Below the pieces are notes generated by a model, which was given only the letters and a program-made list of their open reading frames with translations, made no database searches and was not told the DNA's origin. The position numbers were made by a program, and so were the translations under genes. Positions 20,097 through 30,046 of a stretch of DNA of 48,046 nt are shown here, piece after piece. Source of the DNA: an uncultured Thiotrichales bacterium (lineage in GTDB: Bacteria; Pseudomonadota; Gammaproteobacteria; CAZUMV01); NCBI GenBank assembly GCA_938041655.1, contig CALISW010000084.1:1-48046 (forward strand), in the 5' to 3' direction. Every line of letters begins with the position of its first letter. Position 1 is the first letter of the stretch.

Positions 20097-21650
20097 CTAA
20101 GCTCCGAGCGACTTTAACTTCTGTTGTTCACTCAACTGAATATTAATCAGTCTTATGGTGGCCAGCATGGCAGCAAACACCTGGTTGGAATGTACGCCAC
20201 GCGTACGCAAGGTTTTACCCTCGTTGATCTGCCAGGTAATAATACATTCGGTTAATGCATCGGTTCGACCGCCCTTGGGAATGCGCACTTCATAATCTGC
20301 AAGCTTGGGTAAGGTGTAATCATGTTTGCGCAGCATCACTTCGTTGGTCGCATGAATGAAGGCATCAAATCCGCCGTTACCAGCACCGGTGCCGCTGCAT
20401 TCTTCATCATCAACCGACAACACCAGCTCGGCATTCGACTCGCCTTTCAGCGAACTACTGACCACACAATCAATCAGTTTCACAAATTGAAACTCGGCAC
20501 TTTCCATGACGTCGGCGATGATGAATGGCAGATCATCCAGACTCATGTTTTGCTTGGAATCACCCATACTGACAATGCGTTGCAAGACTTTCTTTTGGTC
20601 TTCTTCAGATAAAGTGATTCCAAGTGCTTCCAGATTTTTTGAAAGAGAGGCCTTACCGGCCAATTTACCGAGTGCATAACTGCGCTCACGAGAAAATCGT
20701 TCGGGGCTTAAACGCGTTTCGTACAAACCACCTTTTTGATCACCATCCGCGTGTATGCCTGCGGTCTGGGTGAATACGTCAGCACCTACAATAGGCGTAT
20801 TGGCTGAAATCCATTTCCCGGAAAAGGTTTCCACCATATCGCTGACCACAGCAATTTTGCTCTCGTCAATTGTAGTCCTAATCCCCATTTTATCGCGCAG
20901 CACGACCGCTACTTCGGCGACTGAAACATTGCCCGCGCGCTCACCCAGGCAGTTTACGGTGCAATGAATAGAAGTGATACCCGCTTTGACTGCCGCCATC
21001 ACATTGGCAATCGCCAGGCCGTAATCATTGTGTGGGTGGAAGTCAAAATGACAATCCGGATAACGACTGGTCATATCTTTGAGGCTGCTATAGACCTCGT
21101 CAGGGGATAATACACCCAGTGTATCGGGCAACATAAAGTGCTCGATAGCAAGGTCTTTAAGACCTTCCATTAAGGCAAACACATACTCGGGGCTATCAGC
21201 ATAGCCATTGGACCAATCTTCCAGATAGACATTGACTCGCAAGCCTTGTTGTTGCGCATATTCGACGGTTTGAACTATTTGAACCAGATGTTGCTCAAGC
21301 GTTTTTCCCAGTTGCTGAGTGCAATGTTTTTCACTGCCTTTGGTAAGGAGGTTGATAACTTCACCACCGGCATCTTTGATCCAGTCAACGCTGCGCTGAT
21401 GATCAACGAAACCCAACACCTCAACCGCACCGCCATAACCATTTTCTCCAGCCCATTCGTTGATAGCCTTGACTGCCGACTTTTCGCCTGTGGACACACC
21501 CGCCGACGCGACTTCGATACGATCGAGCTTCAGCGTATCGAGCAAGGCTTTAGCTATGTTGAGTTTTTCCTGGGGAGAAAAAGAAACACCCTGAGTTTGC
21601 TCACCGTCCCGCAGGGTGGTGTCCATCAGGGTGATTTGTGTGGCTGTCAT
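20097..21650 (-). CDS. cimA: (R)-citramalate synthase, Leptospira/Bacteroidetes type (DRE-TIM LeuA family with regulatory domain)
   Basis: DTTLRDGEQTQGVSFS, NLLTKGS, NVYLEDWSNG, LPDTLG, HNDY, FTQTAGIHADGD, YALGKLAGKAS, DYEVRIP.GG.TDAL. These match Leptospira CimA as I recall it rather than proteobacterial LeuA. Confidence 0.8.
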   Translation of the reverse strand: MTATQITLMDTTLRDGEQTQGVSFSPQEKLNIAKALLDTLKLDRIEVASAGVSTGEKSAVKAINEWAGENGYGGAVEVLGFVDHQRSVDWIKDAGGEVINLLTKGSEKHCTQQLGKTLEQHLVQIVQTVEYAQQQGLRVNVYLEDWSNGYADSPEYVFALMEGLKDLAIEHFMLPDTLGVLSPDEVYSSLKDMTSRYPDCHFDFHPHNDYGLAIANVMAAVKAGITSIHCTVNCLGERAGNVSVAEVAVVLRDKMGIRTTIDESKIAVVSDMVETFSGKWISANTPIVGADVFTQTAGIHADGDQKGGLYETRLSPERFSRERSYALGKLAGKASLSKNLEALGITLSEEDQKKVLQRIVSMGDSKQNMSLDDLPFIIADVMESAEFQFVKLIDCVVSSSLKGESNAELVLSVDDEECSGTGAGNGGFDAFIHATNEVMLRKHDYTLPKLADYEVRIPKGGRTDALTECIITWQINEGKTLRTRGVHSNQVFAAMLATIRLINIQLSEQQKLKSLGA

Positions 21651-21665
21651 TACATTATTCCTGAC

Positions 21666-22283
21666 TCAGGCTGAATGCCATAACCACGGCAATTCCTTTT
21701 TCTGTCGTTCTTCAAAATCAGTGATATGAGATTCTGCCTGCAAGCTAACGGCGATATCATCCAGACCTTCGAGCAGGTTGCGCTTGCGCACCTGATCAAG
21801 ATCAAACTTGAATTCGGTACCGCCTGGTGTTTCCAGCATTTGTTGTTCCAGATCAACACTGAATTGCACACCTGGGAAACGTTCTACCTCGGCGCGTAAC
21901 ACATCCCATTGTTCCTGTGTCACTGTGATCGGCAAGATGCCGTTCTTGAAACAATTGGCATAGAAAATATCGGCATAACTGGTTGAGATAATGGTATTGA
22001 AACCATAATCTTCAATTGCCCACGGTGCATGTTCACGTGATGAACCACAACCAAAGTTGTCGCCCACCAGCAAAATACCTGCACCTTTAAATTCAGGTCG
22101 GTTTAATTCAAATTCAGGGTTATCACTCTCGTCTTCAAGATAACGCCAGTCAAAAAACATGGTCTCGCCAAAACCCTGCCGAGAAACACGCTTGAGAAAT
22201 TGCTTGGGCACGATTTGATCGGTATCTACGTTGGCTCGATTCATCAGAGCAACAACGCTGGTATGATTTTTATAGGGTTCCAT
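21666..22283 (-). CDS. leuD: 3-isopropylmalate dehydratase small subunit
   Basis: NVDTDQIVPKQFL, NFGCGSSREHAPWA. Confidence 0.96.
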   Translation of the reverse strand: MEPYKNHTSVVALMNRANVDTDQIVPKQFLKRVSRQGFGETMFFDWRYLEDESDNPEFELNRPEFKGAGILLVGDNFGCGSSREHAPWAIEDYGFNTIISTSYADIFYANCFKNGILPITVTQEQWDVLRAEVERFPGVQFSVDLEQQMLETPGGTEFKFDLDQVRKRNLLEGLDDIAVSLQAESHITDFEERQKKELPWLWHSA

Positions 22284-22295
22284 AGTGTTCGCTCC

Positions 22296-23699
22296 TTATA
22301 GTTGACGAATATCGACGAAAGTACCAGCACCAGCCGCTGCTGCTGCCATGGCTGGAGAGACAAGGTGTGTACGACCACCCTTGCCTTGCCGACCTTCGAA
22401 ATTTCGGTTTGAAGTTGAAGCACAACGTTGACCAGCTTTTAGCTCATCACCGTTCATGGCCAGACACATGGAACAACCTGGCTCGCGCCATTCCCATCCT
22501 GCCTCGGTAAAGATTTTATCCAGGCCTTCTTCTTCCGCCTGCTTTTTAATCAGTACTGACCCTGGTACCGCAATCGCCCTGACATGCTCGGGTACTTTAG
22601 TACCTTTAGCAATTGCTGCGGCGCTGCGGAAATCTTCCAACCTTGAGTTGGTACATGAACCAAGAAATACAAAGTCAATCTTCAGATCACTTAATTTTGT
22701 GCCTGGCTCCAGACCCATGTACTCAAGCGCACTTTCACACGCTTTGCTCTTACCTTCTGAATCAAAATCGCTTGGTCCAGGGATAGGCGTGTTCACACCG
22801 ATCACCTGCTCGGGTGAAGTTCCCCAGGTAACCTGTGGCTCTATATCTTCTGCTTTGAGCTTCACGATCGTATCGTATTTTGCACCATCGTCACTGGGCA
22901 AACTTTTCCAGTAACTCATCGCCTTATCCCAGTCATCGCCTTTGGGTGCATATTCTTTACCTTCAAGAAAGGCGTAGGTTTTTTCATCTGGCGCTATCAA
23001 ACCGGCAGGCGCACCAGCCTCAATTGCCATGTTACAGAGCGTCATACGCCCTTCCATAGTCAGAGATGTGATGGCAGATCCAGCAAACTCGATGACATGA
23101 CCATTACCACCAGCAGTTCCTATTTTTCCAATCACCGCCAGCGCTATATCTTTAGCAGTACTGTGCTTGTTTAGCTCGCCATCAACTTCAACCAACAAGG
23201 TTTTAGATTTTTGGCGCGGCAAGGTTGAAGTTGCTAGCACATGTTCAACATCCGAGGTACCAATACCAAATGCCAGCGCACCAAACGCGCCGTGGGTAGC
23301 AGTATGGCTATCGCCACACACAGTCACCATCCCAGGATGTACAAAACCATGCTCAGGTACGACTACGTGGATAATGCCATTGTGCTCGCTATCCATGTCA
23401 TACAAAGTCAAACCATGCTCTTTGCAATTATCCATCATGGTGACAATCTGCGTATTCGCAATCGGGTCAGCCACCGGCAAACTTCGATTAGCGGTCGGCA
23501 CACAATGATCCAGTGTTGCCAGAATGGCATGCGGGTTGCGTAATTTTCGTTCAGCCAGTTTCAAACCTTCAAATGCTTGCGGGCTGGTGACTTCGTGCAT
23601 CAAATGTCGATCGACATATATCAGAGGTGTTTGCCCTTCTGCTTCGTGGACGAGATGGCTATCCCAGATTTTTTCGTACATGGTTTTCGGGCTGCTCAT
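22296..23699 (-). CDS. leuC: 3-isopropylmalate dehydratase large subunit
   Basis: [42 protein letters not shown]. Confidence 0.97.
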   Translation of the reverse strand: MSSPKTMYEKIWDSHLVHEAEGQTPLIYVDRHLMHEVTSPQAFEGLKLAERKLRNPHAILATLDHCVPTANRSLPVADPIANTQIVTMMDNCKEHGLTLYDMDSEHNGIIHVVVPEHGFVHPGMVTVCGDSHTATHGAFGALAFGIGTSDVEHVLATSTLPRQKSKTLLVEVDGELNKHSTAKDIALAVIGKIGTAGGNGHVIEFAGSAITSLTMEGRMTLCNMAIEAGAPAGLIAPDEKTYAFLEGKEYAPKGDDWDKAMSYWKSLPSDDGAKYDTIVKLKAEDIEPQVTWGTSPEQVIGVNTPIPGPSDFDSEGKSKACESALEYMGLEPGTKLSDLKIDFVFLGSCTNSRLEDFRSAAAIAKGTKVPEHVRAIAVPGSVLIKKQAEEEGLDKIFTEAGWEWREPGCSMCLAMNGDELKAGQRCASTSNRNFEGRQGKGGRTHLVSPAMAAAAAGAGTFVDIRQL

Positions 23700-23830
23700 G
23701 AAAAAACTCTACCGGTATGGATCGACCGCATAGTTTATCCAGTTTTACCCTCAGGTAAAATGCTCAATTTGAATATTTCAGTGATTTAAGCAACATAATT
23801 TGGTGGTTATCATCTGTCGGGATGCTTTTT

Positions 23831-23858
23831 AAAAAAAGAGCCACAACTTGTGTGGCTC
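23831..23858 (-). terminator. Rho-independent terminator of the psp operon
   Basis: Stem GAGCCACA/TGTGGCTC with a 5-nt loop, followed by 7 T on the minus strand, downstream of pspC. Confidence 0.85.
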
Positions 23859-23902
23859 AATCGAGAGGAGTCTCGCTAAAATTTAATCTCAGTTAGTCAC
23901 TC

Positions 23903-24286
23903 TTATAACTGCTCAAATTCCTTACGCAGACTGTATTTCGAAGAAGTCACTACCCTTTCAAGGTCTGCAATGCGGCGATTGATTCGCTCATAGCGCGTAC
24001 TCAGGTTATCACTCATCTCCGAAGGTGAACGCCGATAACTGCGCCAAAAACGCTCTTCAACCGCACCGTCATAAAGCTGCTCGGGACGCGGATCCAGAAT
24101 CACCCAAAGTACGACGTAGGCAATCAGGAACGGGAAACCACCGAAAATAGTTGTTACTACCATTCCAAATCTGATCCAGCCAACACTGATGCCGAAAAAA
24201 TCACTCAAGCCGGCACATACGCCTGTTAACTTTCCTTTTTCACGGTTCTTGTACAACTTGTTAGGATTATTTTCATACATTGTCAT
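23903..24286 (-). CDS. pspC: Phage shock protein C
   Basis: GKLTGVCAGLSDFFG, AYVVLWVILD, C-terminal LERVVTSSKYSLRKEFEQL. Confidence 0.93.
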   Translation of the reverse strand: MTMYENNPNKLYKNREKGKLTGVCAGLSDFFGISVGWIRFGMVVTTIFGGFPFLIAYVVLWVILDPRPEQLYDGAVEERFWRSYRRSPSEMSDNLSTRYERINRRIADLERVVTSSKYSLRKEFEQL

Positions 24287-24503
24287 TACTCCTATCTACG
24301 TTATTACTTTCTAAAATTGATTCCAGATTATCGAGCCGTTCTTCCATTACTGTTGCCAGCTTCCATAGCTGTTCCATATTTTCTCGATCTTCCGGCGTCG
24401 CACTTTTCATCTTTTTTGCCTGGGTGGCGTAATGCATAAAGACCCATAGTGGCGCCACAAAAATCATAAACAGGATAAATGGCGCTATAAATATTTCACT
24501 CAT
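24273..24503 (-). CDS. pspB: Phage shock protein B
   Basis: LFMIFVAPLWVFMHY, MEERLDNLESIL. Confidence 0.93.
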   Translation of the reverse strand: MSEIFIAPFILFMIFVAPLWVFMHYATQAKKMKSATPEDRENMEQLWKLATVMEERLDNLESILESNNVDRSNDNV

Positions 24504-24748
24504 AATCTATCTCCCGCTGGCTTTTCCAGTTCACTTAATTCCTGGCGCAACTCATAACTATTACTGGATACAATTTCTTCTACTACACGCATCCGCTGCT
24601 CCATATTTTCCAACTGCCTCAGAACCTCTTCTAACTTGCCATCACTGAGCGTGCCCTGGTTTTTGGATCGGTACTTCAGATACTTTTCAAGCAATCCAGC
24701 CGCCAGGCCTAACGCTACAATGGCTACTACCATTTCAAAAACTTCCAT
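24500..24748 (-). CDS. Psp-associated small membrane protein (one TM plus coiled coil)
   Basis: GGGAG RBS; ATGA overlap with pspB; N-terminal TM; tail resembles the PspC C-terminus. Confidence 0.8.
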   Translation of the reverse strand: MEVFEMVVAIVALGLAAGLLEKYLKYRSKNQGTLSDGKLEEVLRQLENMEQRMRVVEEIVSSNSYELRQELSELEKPAGDRL

Positions 24749-24776
24749 AACTTATCTCCCCGTAAGTCAGTATTCG

Positions 24777-25433
24777 TTATTCGCTGTCCGCTTTAAGATC
24801 GGCCAGCTCGGCATCAATCTGCTCTGACACTTCAAGTTCGGCAAACTGATCCTGCAAGCTCGGGTTGCGGCCCATTTCATAGGCATCTACCTGACCTTCC
24901 ATTTTGTCGATCTTGTTTTCCATCCGATCAAAACTGACCATGGCGTCATCCAATCGACTGTCATAGATGCGTTGCTTGGTCTTGAGACGATTTCCAACGG
25001 CACTGTTCTTCATCAGAATTGTCTTTTGACGCGCTCGTGCATCGTCCAGCTTTTCCTGCAAACGACCAATGTCATCATTCAACTTAAACAGCTGCTCTTC
25101 CAGAATGTCCAGATCCTGTGTGAGATGCTCAACCGTTTTAGCCAGGTTATGCTTCTCAACCAAGGCGGCTCTGGCTAAATCTTCACGATCTTTGCTTAAA
25201 GCCAGCTTCGCTTTGTCTTCCCAGTCTTCTACTTCAGCGGTCATTCTGTCAATACGGCGTTGCTGCTTTTTCTTGTCAGCGATCGCTCGTGCTGCCTCTG
25301 ATCGAACTTCAACCAAAGTATCTTCCATTTCCTGAACTACCAGCCGAATTATCTTTTCGGGGTTCTCTGCCTTGTCGAGCATCGCGTTCAAGTTCGAATT
25401 TACAATATCATTTAGTCTGCTAAAAATTCCCAT
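24777..25433 (-). CDS. pspA: Phage shock protein A
   Basis: MGIFSRLNDIVNSNLNAMLDKAENPEKIIRLVVQEMEDTLVEVRS; long coiled coil. Start is 25433 or 25439. Confidence 0.96.
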   Translation of the reverse strand: MGIFSRLNDIVNSNLNAMLDKAENPEKIIRLVVQEMEDTLVEVRSEAARAIADKKKQQRRIDRMTAEVEDWEDKAKLALSKDREDLARAALVEKHNLAKTVEHLTQDLDILEEQLFKLNDDIGRLQEKLDDARARQKTILMKNSAVGNRLKTKQRIYDSRLDDAMVSFDRMENKIDKMEGQVDAYEMGRNPSLQDQFAELEVSEQIDAELADLKADSE

Positions 25434-25473
25434 GATCATTTCCTCTGTTGCTATTAAATAGTCTAACGGTTAA

Positions 25474-25755
25474 TTACTTGGTGGTACTATGAGCTTCTGA
25501 TTGCAGGTGTAAACGCTCAAGGTCGACACGCTGATTAAACTCAATCTGGTTATCTGCTTCGAGTCGTTCAATTAGGTTCTGCTGACGCAGATTCAATTGC
25601 TCGAGCAGTGTTTGATTCGCCTGGTACTCCGCTTCAACCTTGATTGCATTACTGACTTCAATGTCTGCACTCAAATGTGAATGAGGGGTTGCAAACGACA
25701 TGCTTGTGGCTGTCGCTAGAAACACGGCGAAAAGTATTTTTTGCGTTGTATTCAT
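25474..25755 (-). CDS. Hypothetical secreted protein, apparently the first gene of the psp operon
   Basis: GGAG RBS; Sec-type signal peptide (KILFAVFLATATSMSFA); lies between the sigma54 promoter and pspA. Confidence 0.75.
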   Translation of the reverse strand: MNTTQKILFAVFLATATSMSFATPHSHLSADIEVSNAIKVEAEYQANQTLLEQLNLRQQNLIERLEADNQIEFNQRVDLERLHLQSEAHSTTK

Positions 25756-25803
25756 CTTGTCACTCCGTTTTGTTGTACATATTGCTTACTTACCTAATGC
25801 AAT

Positions 25804-25818
25804 ACAATTTGCGTGCCA
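25804..25818 (-). promoter_or_regulatory. sigma54 (-24/-12) promoter of the psp operon
   Basis: Minus strand TGGCACGCAAATTGT, with GT in place of GC at -12 as I recall for the E. coli pspA promoter; divergent from pspF. Confidence 0.88.
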
Positions 25819-25948
25819 AGAAATACAATTCATTCTAACTAACTGTTTTTATTTGATTATTCATCAATAGCAACTTAAGAGAAGTTTCTTAAAATGGTCA
25901 AATAATCCAATTATTGTATTTAAAGGATCACTGGGATAACGTTCGACT

Positions 25949-26986
25949 ATGAGAGACCAAGAACCCCAAAAATTACTCGGCGACGCGCCTGCTTTTCAGG
26001 CCGTACTGGAGCATGTATCCAGCGTTGCGCCACTCAACAAACCTGTGCTGATAATTGGCGAACGCGGTACCGGCAAAGAATTGATCGCCTCACGCGTACA
26101 CTATCTGTCGCAACGCTGGGAAGAGACGCTACTCAAGATCAATTGCGCGGCCCTGCCTGAATCACTACTGGAATCTGAATTATTTGGTTACGAAGCCGGT
26201 TCCTTTACTGGTGCTGGTAAAAGACATCAGGGTCGATTTGAACGAGCCGACGGTGGTACTTTGTTTCTGGATGAAATTTCCAGCATGTCGATGCGCGTTC
26301 AGGAAAAATTGTTACGCGTGATCGAATACGGTGAGTTTGAGCGTGTCGGTGGCACTGAAACCCTGACAGTTAATATTCGTATCATTGGCGCCGCCAATGC
26401 GGATCTGCCTGAGATGGCACGTAACGGTAAATTCAGAGAAGATCTACTCGACCGCCTTTCATTCGATGTGATTACCCTGCCCCCATTACGCGCCAGAATC
26501 GAAGATATAGAGCTATTAGCCACGCATTTCGCTACGGGCATGGTTAAAGAACTCAAACGTGAGTTGTTTCAGGGCTTTAGCCAGGCAGCTATGAAAAAAC
26601 TCGAAGACTACGCCTGGCCGGGTAATATTCGTGAGTTGAAAAATGTAGTGGAACGAGCGGTCTACAGAAATGATGGCAAAAAACTGATTAGTGAAATTGA
26701 GTTTGACCCGTTTAATTCTCCCTATCGACCGGGGAAAAATACCGCTAGCTCCAACCAGACTGAATCTAAAGAGATTCTTACTGTCGTACCCACTAATGAG
26801 ATTAGCGACTTCAGACAACATATACGCGACTATGAGATCAGTTGTTTGCAAAATGCTTTGGAAACAAATCGTCATCACCAGCAAAATACTGCCAAAGCAT
26901 TGGGTCTAACTTATAACCAATTACGTAGTTATCTACGGAAATATAATGATGAGCTGGTAGACGACGAGGCTCAGGCGACAAAATAG
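25949..26986 (+). CDS. pspF: Phage shock operon sigma54 activator PspF
   Basis: No receiver domain; GERGTGKEL, YLSQRW, GSFTGA loop, LFLDEI, WPGNIRELKN, C-terminal HTH LGLTYNQLR. Confidence 0.95.
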   Translation: MRDQEPQKLLGDAPAFQAVLEHVSSVAPLNKPVLIIGERGTGKELIASRVHYLSQRWEETLLKINCAALPESLLESELFGYEAGSFTGAGKRHQGRFERADGGTLFLDEISSMSMRVQEKLLRVIEYGEFERVGGTETLTVNIRIIGAANADLPEMARNGKFREDLLDRLSFDVITLPPLRARIEDIELLATHFATGMVKELKRELFQGFSQAAMKKLEDYAWPGNIRELKNVVERAVYRNDGKKLISEIEFDPFNSPYRPGKNTASSNQTESKEILTVVPTNEISDFRQHIRDYEISCLQNALETNRHHQQNTAKALGLTYNQLRSYLRKYNDELVDDEAQATK

Positions 26987-27115
26987 GTGATTTGAGACAA
27001 TCTCCGAAATTGTGTCAGAGATTCTATACACCATGAATAGCAGCAGACTATAATTTTAACCACGAGTAGCAGTATTGTTTGCAATACTCCTAATAATAAC
27101 CCGGACACCCACTCC

Positions 27116-29416
27116 ATGCTTCGTGCGATCAACCTGTTTTTAATACTGTTACTGGTCTTGCCGCTGACATCTCGCGCGGAAATTGATCCGGATGATCTAC
27201 TCACCGCCAAAGAAGCGTTTGTCCTACAAACACCAACAGCCAGTCAAGGGCTGTTACGTCTGACCTGGACGGCGGCTGAGAATTATTATCTTTATGATAA
27301 TCAGCTTGAGGTTACCAGCAGCAATGCAAATTTAACCCTCGGAGAGCTGATCACGCCAAAAGGTGAAATGAAGCTGGATGAACTGTTTGGCGAAGTAGCA
27401 GTGCATCGCGGTGAAGTTGAAGTTCTTGTCCCCTATCAATATAGCGGCACGGCACCTGAAGTGGAGATACAGACACGATCTCAAGGCTGCGCTGATCTCG
27501 GCGTTTGTTATCCACCACAAAAAGAGAGCTTTAAGGTAACACTCCCAAGCAACGCGACGGCCCTCGATCTCAACAATAGCAGTGCAAAAAAATCTTCTCT
27601 GGCGAGCCGCATTGGCGCTATCGGGAGTGAACCTGAGTTACTGACTGCGGCAGAAGCATTCAAGTTAAGCCCCGAGATTGAAGGCGACAGTTTGATTGTT
27701 CGCTTTCAGGTAGCCGATCAATATTACATCTATCGCGATAAAATCATGATGGCGTTTGAGCATCCGGACGTTTCAGTTGATGTCGCTTCATTCCCGCCAG
27801 GCGAATGGGTTGATGATCCCGAGTTTGGCATGGTTGAAGTTTTCCGCAATGAAGTGACTGGCGTCTACCCCATTATCGGGCCGGCTGGAGATTACCAATT
27901 AACATTAATGGCCGACCATCAAGGCTGCGCCGATGCAGGACTGTGTTACCCACCGGTTAAAGAGACCTTTAACTTGTCGGCATCACTGTCTGGTACTCAA
28001 CGTACTGCCTCGGTGGCAAACGCTGTGAATCCAGGTGGAAATGGTGCAACAAAAACCACAGCCAACAAAGAAGACTGGTTTTTCGACACTTTGCAAAATG
28101 GCAAGCTTTGGCATGTCTCCCTGGCGATGCTGGGTTTTGGATTATTACTGGCATTTACTGCCTGCATGTATCCAATGATTCCGATTTTATCCGGGATAAT
28201 TATTGGTCAGAATAATGCCGACCTTAGAAATGGTGCAACCATCGGCGCGTCCAAATCATTCAAACTGTCTGTGGTTTATGTGTTGGCAGTTGCGCTTACC
28301 TTCGGAGTTATCGGGGCAATTACTGCTGTGCTGGGAAATGGTATTGGCATACAGGCGTATTTTCAAAGTCCGTGGCTACTAATACCTTTTACGATTCTGT
28401 TTATTTTACTGGCATTAAGTCTGTTCGGGCTCTACGACATTCAGGTACCAAGTGCTTTACAAGGAAAACTGAGAGCATATTCCGACCAACAAGAAGGTGG
28501 TAAGTACACCGGTGTCGCTATCATGGGAGTATTTTCTGCGCTGATCATTGGTCCGTGTGGAGGCCCCATTCTTATTGCCGCATTGGGTTATGCAGCAGCA
28601 TCCAGCAACCTTGTCTCTGGTTTTGTATCCCTGTTTTTTCTAGGCTTAGGTATGGGCCTGCCATTACTGATAATTGGTGCTGGCGGTTCTAAACTACTAC
28701 CTAAAGCTGGCGCTTGGATGATCGGCGTCAAAGCCTTCGGCGGCGTCATACTATTAGCTGTTGCACTATTAATGCTGGAACGAATGCCAGGTATATTCCC
28801 TACCAAATTAGTGATGGCATTGTGGTCATCATTGCTCGTTATAAGCGGCTTCTTTTTAATGGGCATAGATTCAAGCAAACACTCGTCGATGGAACATACA
28901 GCCGGCAAACATTTTTTGCGTGGGCTTGGACTGATTGCCATTATCTACGGAATGCTGGTGATGCTAGGTGGGTTGACCGGTGGCAGCCGCGTCACCGATC
29001 CTTTCACTGGCTCATCTCTGACAATGGTTGCTGGAGCTTCCAGCCCCCAGACGAAGACTGAATTCATTACGGTTAAATCGATTGATGATCTGAACACAGA
29101 AATTGCCCGCGCCAATACCGCCGGTAAAAGTGTGATGCTGGATTTTTATGCGGACTGGTGTACCTACTGCAAAAAATACGACGCCTATGTTTTCCCTGAT
29201 CCACGCGTGCAGTCGGCGCTCGCTAATACAGTGTTATTAAAAGCCGATGTCACAGACATCGATAGTGTTGATAAAGCACTCATGCAATCGCTCGAAGTTG
29301 TCCTGCCACCGGCTATTTTGTTCTTTGCTACTGATGGCAAAGAAATCCGGCCTGCCAGAGTTGTGGGTGAGCTCAATGCTGATCAGTTTTATCAGCATGT
29401 GTCACAAGCACTATAA
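27116..29416 (+). CDS. dsbD: Protein-disulfide reductase DsbD with duplicated N-terminal domain
   Basis: Signal peptide; two QGCADxGxCYPP motifs; TM domain with two Cys; C-terminal DFYADWCTYC thioredoxin domain. Confidence 0.93.
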   Translation: MLRAINLFLILLLVLPLTSRAEIDPDDLLTAKEAFVLQTPTASQGLLRLTWTAAENYYLYDNQLEVTSSNANLTLGELITPKGEMKLDELFGEVAVHRGEVEVLVPYQYSGTAPEVEIQTRSQGCADLGVCYPPQKESFKVTLPSNATALDLNNSSAKKSSLASRIGAIGSEPELLTAAEAFKLSPEIEGDSLIVRFQVADQYYIYRDKIMMAFEHPDVSVDVASFPPGEWVDDPEFGMVEVFRNEVTGVYPIIGPAGDYQLTLMADHQGCADAGLCYPPVKETFNLSASLSGTQRTASVANAVNPGGNGATKTTANKEDWFFDTLQNGKLWHVSLAMLGFGLLLAFTACMYPMIPILSGIIIGQNNADLRNGATIGASKSFKLSVVYVLAVALTFGVIGAITAVLGNGIGIQAYFQSPWLLIPFTILFILLALSLFGLYDIQVPSALQGKLRAYSDQQEGGKYTGVAIMGVFSALIIGPCGGPILIAALGYAAASSNLVSGFVSLFFLGLGMGLPLLIIGAGGSKLLPKAGAWMIGVKAFGGVILLAVALLMLERMPGIFPTKLVMALWSSLLVISGFFLMGIDSSKHSSMEHTAGKHFLRGLGLIAIIYGMLVMLGGLTGGSRVTDPFTGSSLTMVAGASSPQTKTEFITVKSIDDLNTEIARANTAGKSVMLDFYADWCTYCKKYDAYVFPDPRVQSALANTVLLKADVTDIDSVDKALMQSLEVVLPPAILFFATDGKEIRPARVVGELNADQFYQHVSQAL

Positions 29417-29422
29417 AAAGTA

Positions 29423-29980
29423 ATGAACGCCATAAAATTATTCGGTCTCGTTATAGTGTCAGCATTGATTGGTATGCTCGCATTTCAATTTACGCAACCC
29501 AAACCAACCAATAAGACGCCCACATCAGAAGTTAACAAAACGACAACAAAGGTAACTACCCTTGGTCAACGGCGACCGGCCTTTTCACTTCCGGATTTGC
29601 AAGACCAACAACACAGCATTGACGAATGGGATGGGAAATTATTGCTGATAAATTTTTGGGCTAGCTGGTGCCCGCCGTGCATCAAAGAAATGCCGGCACT
29701 TGATACATTGCGTACCCAATATCAGAATCAGGATTTTGAAATACTGGGTATTGCAGTAGAACCGGCCGCTGATGTCGCACTTTATCTGGATAAGTCTCCG
29801 GTTAGTTATCCGATTTTGTATGGTGAAGTGAATGCCGACCGAATAGCAAAACAATACGGTAATGCCATAGGCAGTATCCCCTTTAGTGCACTGATTAACC
29901 GCGATGGCATCATTATCGAACATTATTTCGGTGAAATTGATATTCCAGCACTGGAGCAAACCCTCCTCAGCCATCTCTGA
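29423..29980 (+). CDS. TlpA/ResA-family thiol-disulfide oxidoreductase
   Basis: N-terminal anchor; INFWASWCPPCIKEMP. Confidence 0.9.
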   Translation: MNAIKLFGLVIVSALIGMLAFQFTQPKPTNKTPTSEVNKTTTKVTTLGQRRPAFSLPDLQDQQHSIDEWDGKLLLINFWASWCPPCIKEMPALDTLRTQYQNQDFEILGIAVEPAADVALYLDKSPVSYPILYGEVNADRIAKQYGNAIGSIPFSALINRDGIIIEHYFGEIDIPALEQTLLSHL

Positions 29981-30046
29981 ACTCTAGAGATAAAAGCCGC
30001 TAAATTCTTCTAAAACACCACTAAAATCGCTAAACGTGTTTATTTC

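Noticed and set aside
20097-21650. Calling this gene leuA
   Set aside because: Motifs fit the CimA subfamily better, although substrate specificity is untested.
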